A stretch of 64,000 bases of DNA, taken from NCBI GenBank assembly GCA_025964715.1, contig JAOPYH010000305.1:7485-71484 (forward strand). Direction: 5' to 3'. Each line of letters begins with the position of its first letter. Positions within the stretch are counted from its first letter, which is position 1. Origin of the DNA: Streptosporangiaceae bacterium. Its GTDB lineage: Bacteria > Actinomycetota > Actinomycetes > Streptosporangiales > Streptosporangiaceae. The position numbers and the translations under genes are program-made. Positions 1 through 8,100 of this stretch are shown here, piece after piece. The notes under the pieces were generated by a model. It did no database searches. It saw only the letters and a program-made list of their open reading frames with translations, and was not told the origin of the DNA.

Positions 1-1434
1 CTGCTGCCCGTGGACATGCCCGCCCGTCAGCAGACACTCGCCGGGATCCTGCTCGGCGTCATCGTCTTGTGGGTCACCGAACCGGTGCCGATCCCGATCG
101 GCGGGTTCATCGGCGTGGCCTGCGTCGTGATCCTCGGCGTCGCTCCCGCGAGCGACGCCCTCGCTCCTTTCGGCTCCTCGACGATCTTCACCTTCATCGG
201 CGCCTTCATCCTCGCGCAGGCCATGCTCAAGTACGGGCTGGCCCGCCGCTTCGCCTTCCGGATCCTCTCGCTGCCGGGTGTGGGCGGTTCTACCATCAGC
301 GTCATCGTGGCGTTCGGCCTGATCACCTGTCTGCTGTCGGCGTTCGTGTCGAACACGGCCACGGTCGCGATGCTGCTGCCCACCGCTCTCGGCATGCTGG
401 CCGTCATCGCCAAGATGCTCCAGGACCGCGGGCTGGTCGCCGAGGACTTCGATCCGCTGCGCCTGCGCGTCGGCACCGCCATGGTCCTCATGCTGGCGTA
501 CGGCGCGAGTGTCGGCGGCCTGCTCACCCCCGTGGGCAGCCCGCCGAACCTCATCGGCCGCGGACTCATCGAGGAGGCGACCGGGGAGCGGATCTCGTTC
601 GCCCAGTGGACGGCCACGGCGGTGCCCATCTGCGCGCTGATGTTCGTCGCGCTCGTCGTCATCCTGCTGCTGCTCAACAAGCCCGAGATCCGGCGCATCG
701 AGGGCGTGGCGGGCTACGTACGGGCGGAGCGCGCCGCCATGGGCAGGCTTTCGCGGGCTGAGAAGAACGTCCTCGTCGCCTTCGCGTTCACCGTCTCGCT
801 GTGGATCTTTCCTGGTCTGGTGGCCCTGATCGCGGGGACCGGCTCGTCGGTGTACGAGACCGTGAGCGGCCGGCTCAACGAGGGTGTCGTGGCCGTGCTC
901 GGCGCGTCTCTGCTGTTCCTGCTGCCAGTGGACTGGAAGAAGCGGGAGTACACGCTCAACTGGAGCGACGCCACCCGCATCGACTGGGGCACGATCGTGC
1001 TGTTCGGCACCGGCATCATCTTCGGCTCCCTGCTGGAGGACACCGGCCTGGCGAAGACGATCGGCCGGTCCGCCTCCGACGCGCTGGGCCTGACGAGCCT
1101 GGTCGCCATCACGGCCTTCGCCGTGGTGCTCGCCATCCTGGTCTCGGAGACCACGAGTAACACGGCCTCGGCCGCGGTGGTCGTGCCGATCATCATCCCG
1201 ATCGCCGTCGCCGCGGGTGAGAACCCGTTCGTGCCGGCGCTGGCCGCCACGTTCGCGGCCTCGTTCGGCTTCATGTTGCCGGTGTCCACGCCGCAGAACG
1301 CGATCGCGTACGGGTCGGGTGTGGTCCCCATCACCACGATGATCCGGTCCGGCTTCTCCTTCGACCTCATCGGCGGTGTGCTGATCCTTATCGGCATCCC
1401 GCTGATGGTCGGGATCACGGGCATCGGCCCCTGA
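1..1434 (+). CDS. SLC13/DASS family anion:sodium symporter (5' end probably outside window)
   Basis: Many TM segments; SAFVSNTAT, TPVGSPPN, SETTSNTA and MLPVSTPQNA motifs; frame is open from base 1. Confidence 0.9.
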   Translation: MLPVDMPARQQTLAGILLGVIVLWVTEPVPIPIGGFIGVACVVILGVAPASDALAPFGSSTIFTFIGAFILAQAMLKYGLARRFAFRILSLPGVGGSTISVIVAFGLITCLLSAFVSNTATVAMLLPTALGMLAVIAKMLQDRGLVAEDFDPLRLRVGTAMVLMLAYGASVGGLLTPVGSPPNLIGRGLIEEATGERISFAQWTATAVPICALMFVALVVILLLLNKPEIRRIEGVAGYVRAERAAMGRLSRAEKNVLVAFAFTVSLWIFPGLVALIAGTGSSVYETVSGRLNEGVVAVLGASLLFLLPVDWKKREYTLNWSDATRIDWGTIVLFGTGIIFGSLLEDTGLAKTIGRSASDALGLTSLVAITAFAVVLAILVSETTSNTASAAVVVPIIIPIAVAAGENPFVPALAATFAASFGFMLPVSTPQNAIAYGSGVVPITTMIRSGFSFDLIGGVLILIGIPLMVGITGIGP

Positions 1435-1470
1435 GTGGTACGCCGAGCCACGAATGTGCGCTCTGCCGGC

Positions 1471-2040
1471 CTAGGTGCGCGCCGGCCGGCCGGCGAGGGA
1501 CCCTTCGTGCAGGAGCAGGAGGGTGTAGGCGGCCACCGTCGAGTCGTCGGTGATGGCGCCGTCGCGGATCATCTGCTCGAAGTCGCCGCGGGTCACCAGG
1601 CGCTGGCGCATGTCCTGTTCCTCCGCCTCGCGGGCGGTGTCTCCGGGTTCGAGGCCCGTCGCCAGGAAGGCGTGGAAGCCCTGGCCGGTGGTGCCGTGGG
1701 AGCCGTGCAGGAACCCGAGCCGGGTGAGCGTCCGCGCCCGGAGGCCGGTTTCCTCGGCCAGCTCGGCCCGGGCGAGCTCCTCGGGGTCTCCTTCCCGCTT
1801 GTCGGGGTAGCCGCCCTGGGGGAAGCTCCAGGACCGCCGGCCGATCGGATAGCGATACTCCTCGACGAGGTGGAATCCGTCGTGCTCTGCCGGGATGACC
1901 AGGGCGAAGTCTGGTTTGTCCACCACCCCGTACACGCCCCGCGACCCGTCGGGACGCTCGATGCGGTCCTCCCGCACGGTCATCCACCGGTTCTCGTAGA
2001 CGACCTGCGATGAAAGCTTCCGGATCGTGGGCCCGGTCAC
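1471..2040 (-). CDS. NUDIX hydrolase (ADP-ribose pyrophosphatase-like)
   Basis: Nudix box GG..(x)..ELARAELAEETG; GTG start overlaps the SDR stop (GTGA). Confidence 0.88.
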   Translation of the reverse strand: MTGPTIRKLSSQVVYENRWMTVREDRIERPDGSRGVYGVVDKPDFALVIPAEHDGFHLVEEYRYPIGRRSWSFPQGGYPDKREGDPEELARAELAEETGLRARTLTRLGFLHGSHGTTGQGFHAFLATGLEPGDTAREAEEQDMRQRLVTRGDFEQMIRDGAITDDSTVAAYTLLLLHEGSLAGRPART

Positions 2041-2741
2041 CGGTGCCAGACCTGTCCGGTCGGGCGGACGACGATCTCGTTGATGTCCACGCTCGGCGGC
2101 TGGTTCACCGCGAAGAGCACGGTGCGGGCGACGTCGGCGGGGTCGAGCTTGGCGTGCTGGGCCCGCTCGGGATTGATGAGTACGGTGTCGGTCAGGCCGG
2201 GCTGGATCAGCGTGACCCGCACGCCGGTGTCGGCCAGCTCGGCGCGCAGGTTCTGCGCGAGGCCGGTCATCGCCCATTTCGTCGCGGAGTAGACGCTGCC
2301 GGGGGTTTGTATCCGCCCGGCGACGGACCCGGTGATGACGAAGTGGCCCTTGCTGTCGCGAAGGGCCGGCATGGCCGCCCGGGCGGTGATGGCCGGCCCG
2401 TACACGTTCGTGAGGACCATCGACCGCCAGTCCTCGGGCGTGGAGCTCTCGTCCATGAAGGACGTCGGGTTGGCGATCCCCGCGTTGGCGAACGCGACGT
2501 CCAGGCGGCCATAGGCCTCGAGCGTGCGGTCCACGGCGTGCCGGACCTGCTCCCACTCGGTGACGTCGCACGTGACGGCCACGGCTCGATCCGGGCCGCC
2601 GAGCTCGCGGGCCAGCCGGTCGAGCCGTTCGCGCCGCCGGCCGGCGAGTACGACCCTGTCGCCCTCGTCGACGGCCAGCCGTGCGGTCGCCTCACCGATG
2701 CCGCTGGACGCTCCGGTGATGAGAAAGACCCGATCTGTCAT
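2037..2741 (-). CDS. Short-chain dehydrogenase/reductase
   Basis: TGASSGIG, NAG and YSATK motifs; GGAGG RBS. Confidence 0.92.
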   Translation of the reverse strand: MTDRVFLITGASSGIGEATARLAVDEGDRVVLAGRRRERLDRLARELGGPDRAVAVTCDVTEWEQVRHAVDRTLEAYGRLDVAFANAGIANPTSFMDESSTPEDWRSMVLTNVYGPAITARAAMPALRDSKGHFVITGSVAGRIQTPGSVYSATKWAMTGLAQNLRAELADTGVRVTLIQPGLTDTVLINPERAQHAKLDPADVARTVLFAVNQPPSVDINEIVVRPTGQVWHR

Positions 2742-2826
2742 GCCTCCACCTTTCCAGACCGGTCGCCGCGACCGTCCGGCGCTCGGGTATAAGGACGTCC
2801 AGCTGTGCGGCGGGCGAAAATGGAAT

Positions 2827-3849
2827 GTGGCTCATTGGGTGCTGCACGTTGACCTCGACCAGTTCGTCGCCGCGGTCGAGGTGCTGCGTCGCCCGGAGCT
2901 GCGCGGACGCCCGGTGGTCGTCGGCGGTGATGGTGATCCCACCAAGCGCGGCGTGGTGAGCACGGCCTCGTACGCGGCGCGCGCGTACGGCGTGCACTCG
3001 GGCCTCCCGCTCCGCACAGCGGCGCGGCGATGTCCTGATGCGGTCTTCCTCCCCGTCGACCGGGAGGCCTGCGATGCCGCTTCGTCCGAGGTGATGGCGA
3101 CGCTACGGGAGTTCGACGCCGTGGTGCAGGTGCTCGGCTGGGACGAGGCGTTCCTCGCCGTCGAGGGCGACGACCCCGAGGCGACGGCCGGCGAGATCCG
3201 CGGACGTGTGCGCGAGGCGACCGGCCTGGAGTGCACCGTCGGCATTGGCGGCAACAAGCTGCAGGCCAAGCTCGCGAGCGGTTTGGGGAAGCCCGCCGGC
3301 GTTCTGCGGTTGACCGGCGAGGATTGGTTCGAGGTGCTCGGCGAGCGGCCCACCGACGCACTGTGGGGCATCGGGCCCAAGACCGCCAAGCGCCTCACCG
3401 CTATGGGGGTCGATACCGTCACGCAGCTGGCGGCCGCCGATCCACACGATCTCGCCGAGCGGTTCGGCCCCACGACCGGGCCTTGGCTGGTCCGGCTCGC
3501 ACGGGGCCAGGACGACTCGCCGGTGGTCGGCACGCCGCACGTCGCGCGGTCCCGCAGCCGGGAGACGACCTACCAGCATGACCTTGACGATTGGGACGAG
3601 GTACAGCGGCAGGTCCTTTACTTGGCGCAACGCGTCGCGAGCGACGTCGCCGCCGAGCGGCGGCCCGCCATCCGGATCGTGGTCAAGGTGCGCTACGCAC
3701 CCTTCGCCACCCGCACCCACGGCCGCGCGCTCCCGGCGCCCAGCACCGAGGTGAAGGCGATCCAGCAGGCGGCCCTCGCCGCCCTCGCCCAATTCGCCGA
3801 ACAGCGGCCGGTGCGGTTGCTCGGTGTCCGAGCCGAGTTCGCCCGCTGA
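2827..3849 (+). CDS. dinB: Y-family DNA polymerase IV (DinB2-like)
   Basis: HVDLDQF, STASYAAR, GWDEAFL, AKLAS, LWGIG and VRLLGV motifs; GTG start chosen just before motif I. Confidence 0.92.
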   Translation: MAHWVLHVDLDQFVAAVEVLRRPELRGRPVVVGGDGDPTKRGVVSTASYAARAYGVHSGLPLRTAARRCPDAVFLPVDREACDAASSEVMATLREFDAVVQVLGWDEAFLAVEGDDPEATAGEIRGRVREATGLECTVGIGGNKLQAKLASGLGKPAGVLRLTGEDWFEVLGERPTDALWGIGPKTAKRLTAMGVDTVTQLAAADPHDLAERFGPTTGPWLVRLARGQDDSPVVGTPHVARSRSRETTYQHDLDDWDEVQRQVLYLAQRVASDVAAERRPAIRIVVKVRYAPFATRTHGRALPAPSTEVKAIQQAALAALAQFAEQRPVRLLGVRAEFAR

Positions 3850-3880
3850 GCCAGGGCCTCGGCCATGACCAGGGGGAACG

Positions 3881-3954
3881 TGGGGCCGGTGGGATTCGAA
3901 CCCACACTGGTACGGACCTAAACCGTATGCCTCCTGCCGTTGGGCTACGGCCCC
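3881..3954 (-). tRNA. tRNA-Leu (anticodon TAG), short variable loop, CCA not encoded
   Basis: GGGGCCG/CGGCCCC acceptor stem, D arm GCC..GGC, anticodon stem TACGG/CCGTA with loop TTTAGGT, T arm GTGGG-TTCGAAT-CCCAC, discriminator A. Confidence 0.93.
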
Positions 3955-4027
3955 GTTCTCAACTGCCGGATCCGCAGAGGCCACGGCCCCGCGAGATCGG
4001 CCAGATCCTACTGGGATCCGGGATTCC

Positions 4028-4495
4028 TCACACGCCCAGCTCACGGCGTATGCGCTCGACGTGGCCGGTGGCCTTCACGTTGTAGTAGGCCTTGTCGACC
4101 TTGCCGTCGGCGTCGATGACGAAGGTCGACCGGATGACCCCCACCGTCGCCTTGCCGTACAGCTTCTTCTCCCCGTAGGCGCCGTAGGCCCGCAGAACCT
4201 CGGTGGCGGGGTCGGACAGCAGCGGAAAGGTGATCGAGTCGCGGTCGCGGAACTTGGCCAGCTTGGCCGGCTCGTCCGGCGAGATCCCCACCACGGTGAC
4301 GCCGGCGGCCTCGAGCTCGGGCAGGCCGTCGCTGAAGTCCACGGCCTCCTGGGTGCAGCCGGGGGTCATGGCGGCCGGATAGAAGTAGAGAATCACGCGC
4401 CTGCCCTGTAGCGACGACAGGGACACCGGGTTACCGTCGGAGTCGGGAAGCTCGAACTCGGGGGCGACATCGCCGGGCTGCAACCGCTCGGACAC
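4028..4495 (-). CDS. bcp: Thioredoxin-dependent thiol peroxidase (Bcp)
   Basis: YFYPAAMTPGCTQEA and GVIRSTFVID motifs. Confidence 0.93.
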   Translation of the reverse strand: MSERLQPGDVAPEFELPDSDGNPVSLSSLQGRRVILYFYPAAMTPGCTQEAVDFSDGLPELEAAGVTVVGISPDEPAKLAKFRDRDSITFPLLSDPATEVLRAYGAYGEKKLYGKATVGVIRSTFVIDADGKVDKAYYNVKATGHVERIRRELGV

Positions 4496-4643
4496 GTGAT
4501 CCGCCTTTCGTCAATGGACGTCTCTTACCGTACCGCTGCCGCACGTTCACACTGTCCTGTGGGGGCGAGCGATTCTCATCAAGACCTGACAGACTACTGA
4601 TCAGATCAGGCGACGCTGGACGCTCGAACGATAAGGACAACTC

Positions 4644-4943
4644 ATGGCCGACAGAGCTCGCGACCCGGGGGTGCTGGAACGCGAGATCGAGCGCACTCGC
4701 GAGGAGCTGGCACAGACCATCGACGCGCTCACCGATCGCCTCAACCCGAAGAACGCCGCCCGCCGCGGCATAGCCCGGGTCAAGGAGGAGGCCGGTCAGG
4801 TCGCCGCCGCGGTCGGCGCCATCGCCGGTCCCAGGGAGCCCGGGGAACCGAGCGGTGATCGCCGCACCGCAGCGATCATGGTCGGTGCGGGAGTCGCGTT
4901 CTCGCTGACCGTCGTGCTCCTGTGGCGCCGCAGGCGCCGCTGA
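4644..4943 (+). CDS. DUF3618-like small membrane-anchored protein
   Basis: EREIERTREELAQTIDALTDRLNPK plus C-terminal TM and basic tail; divergent from bcp. Confidence 0.82.
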   Translation: MADRARDPGVLEREIERTREELAQTIDALTDRLNPKNAARRGIARVKEEAGQVAAAVGAIAGPREPGEPSGDRRTAAIMVGAGVAFSLTVVLLWRRRRR

Positions 4944-5166
4944 CCCGGGCGTCATGCTGGGGCGACGCAGCGCCGGGACCCCGCGGGTCTCGGCGCTGCG
5001 TCGTATAGGGCCTGTAGCAGAAGATCGGTTTTCCGGCCATCGGTGGAACCGGGTGTGTAGCTTTGCCGTCGTTCTAAGGGGGGCCGCAGCGAGCGGCCGG
5101 CGTCCGTGTCCTACGGCGTCACGGGTGCTCGAGCTGCGCGGGTGAAGGGACAGAAAGGGAACGGAC

Positions 5167-8100
5167 ATGTCTTCGTGGGCCGACCGGCTCAGCGCGGCCA
5201 TCCAGTCCTGGGAGCAGGGAGACCTGGACCGGGCGGCCACGCTGCTGCGGGAGGTCGCGGCCTCGGATGTCCGCGACGCGGCGCGCGAGGCGACCTATCT
5301 GCTCGCCGGCGTGCTCGAGGACCAGGGGGACACCGAAGGAGCCCGGGCCGCGCACCGGTTCGTGATCGACTCTGGAGACCCGGTCCTCGGACAGCGTTCC
5401 GCGATCTCGCTGGGGATGCTCCTCATCAACCTGCACGAATGGGCGGCGGCGCACGGCTCCCTGACCGTGGCCTCGGACGGAGCCGACTCCGAGATAGCGG
5501 CGCTGGCCGATGCCGCCCTCGTACAGGTGCTGACCAGGCTCGGCGACATCGCCGGCGCGCGGGCCGCCATGGAGCGGGCGCGCCGGAGCGAGAGCCCCGA
5601 GGTGGCCCAACTCGCGGCCGGGCTCAAACTGCCGGAGAGGTCCACAGCCGAGCTCGACGCCGCGGCCGTCCGGGAGACCTATGAGCGCGGAGAGCGGCTG
5701 CTGGCGGAGGGGTCGCACGCGGCCGCGGAGGCGGTGTTCCGCCAGCTGCTCACCAGCGGTGACCCGGACCTGGTGTCGCGCGCGGCGTTCCGGCTCTACC
5801 AGCGCTATGCCGCCCGTCACGAGTACGAGGCGGCGCGTGAGGTGATCACGAGGGCCATCGCGGTCGGCCACGCGGACCACCTGGCCACGGCCCACAAGCT
5901 GCTCGGTGCCGTGCTCTTCGACCTGGGTGAGTACGCACGGGCCCGTGACGCCTACCGGCGCGCGGCGCAGGATCCCCGCCCCGAGCTTCGCCTGCCGGCC
6001 CTCATCGAAGAGGCCAAGCTGACCGCGCAGCTCGGCGACGAGGAGGCCGCCGAGGCCGTTTTCCACCGGGTCATCGCCGCCGGGCACGCCGAATACGCCC
6101 TCGAGGCCAAGGCCTGCCTGGGCCAGCTCCACACCGAGGCGGGTCAGGCGGGTACGGCCCTGGCCTTCTGGCGCGAGGTCCTCGACTCGGGCGACCGCAG
6201 ATGGGCGCAGACCGCTGTGACCTCCCTGGCCGTGCTGTACGACGAGGTCGGCGCCGACACGCTGGAGCGCGAGGAGATCGTCGCCACGCTCCGGAGCACC
6301 ACCGAGCACCCGGTCCCGGAAGCCGCCTTCAAGGCGAGGCAGGTCCTGGACCACGCGGCCATGCAGAAGCCCCTCGCCGACCCGGCGGCCGAACAGGCCC
6401 TGCAGGACACCGACGGCGCGCTCGAGCGGCTGCGCGCCGGTGATCTCGCGGGCGCCCGGGCGCTCCTCCACCGGGCCATCGACTCGGAGCTCGCCTATCT
6501 GTCCAGCCGTGCGTCGACGGTCCTGGCGCTGCTGGAGCTCGGCGAGGGCGACGCCGAGCTGGCCGACGAGCTGCTGAGCGACGTCGCGGACGGTTCGGAC
6601 GCGGCCCAGGGGTTCGGCGCCGCGCTCCTGCTCCACCTGCTCCGCTCGCCCGGCGGTGAACGCCACCCCGTCCTCCAGGCCGCCATGGAGCATCAGCGTC
6701 ATGGCCGGGAGCTGGGCATGGCCCGCTACCGCGCGGTGGCGCGGGACGGGGACCCCGCTACCGCCGCGCTGGCCACGGCCATGCTCGCCGAGCTGCTCAC
6801 GGCCTTCGGGTTCGAGCCCGCGACCGCCGCGGAGATGTTCCGTACGGTCGCCGACGCCGGCGATCCGCTCGCCCTTTCGTACACCGCTGTGGTCTTCGCC
6901 GAACCGCTGATCCACCAGAGCAGGCTCGATGAGGCCGTGGCACTGCTGCGCCGCGCGGCCGAGAACGGCCACCCGGCCCTCGCGCCGTGGGTGGCACATG
7001 CTCTCGGCAAGGTCCTCACCGACGGCGACGGCGCCGGTCTCGCCGAGGCCCGCGCCTCCTACGAGCGGGTGCTGGCGAGCGGGCACCCGGGCCTGCGCCT
7101 CGACGCCGAGGCCGCGCTCACCTCGGTGCTGGAGCGCCAGGGCGATCTGCGGGCCCTGTGCGAGCTGCACGAGCGGGTGGTGGCCGGCGGTGACCCCGTA
7201 CGGGCGGCGCGCAGCGCCTGGCTGCTCGGATTCACCCGGATCCGGCTCGACGACCTCGAGGGCGCCCGCGCCGCCTTCGCCCGGATCCCGCAGGGGCACC
7301 CGGACCTGGCCGGTGACCGGGTCTACGCCCATCACCTCCTCGAGCGGGACTTCGACTCCGCGACGCCGGCGTTCGCGCAGATCAAGGCACTCGGTGAGGC
7401 CGACCGCAGGTACCTGATGTCCTCCAGGCTGACGCTCGAGGCCGCGCACGCGTGGCAGCGGGCCGGTGAGATCGACGCCGCGGACCGCGCGCTGTCGCTC
7501 GTGGTCGCCGACGGCCACCCCGTCCTTTCACAGGAGGCCGCGATGTACCTCGGGGCGTTGCGGGACGACGCCCGCGACCAGATCGGCGCGATCGTCGCCT
7601 GGGAGAAGGCGGCCGAGGGCGAGGACACGTGGCTGGCCCTCAGGGCCACGCACGGGATCGGATGCGCGCGCCGCGCGCTCGGGGACCTCGAAGGCGCCGC
7701 AGAGGCGTTCCGGCGGGTCATGGACGAGGGCGAGGACGAGGAGTACGGCGCCGACGCCACCCGGCAGCTCGGCGAAGTGCTGGCGCAGGGCGGCCAGGTC
7801 GCCGCGGCCCGGGAGGTCTTCGGGCGGCTCTCCGGACCGGACGCGGTCATCGGCCTGGCCGCGGCCCTGCACGCGGCCGGCGACGTCGGCGCGGCCATGG
7901 AGGCCTACCGGGAGGTCGCCGACGGCCCCGACCCCGGCACCGCCATGGTCGCGGCCTTCAACCTCGCCACGATCCTGGACGACCAGGGCGACGTGCCGGG
8001 GGCCATCGCGGCCGCCCAGCGGGCCATGGCCGCGGGTGAGGCGGCAGGCGACCCGAGGGGCACGGCACAGGCCTGCCATGACCTCGGCGGCTATCTGACC

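Noticed and set aside
3850-3960. Integrative element at the tRNA-Leu
   Set aside because: No integrase and no duplicated tRNA 3' end seen within the window
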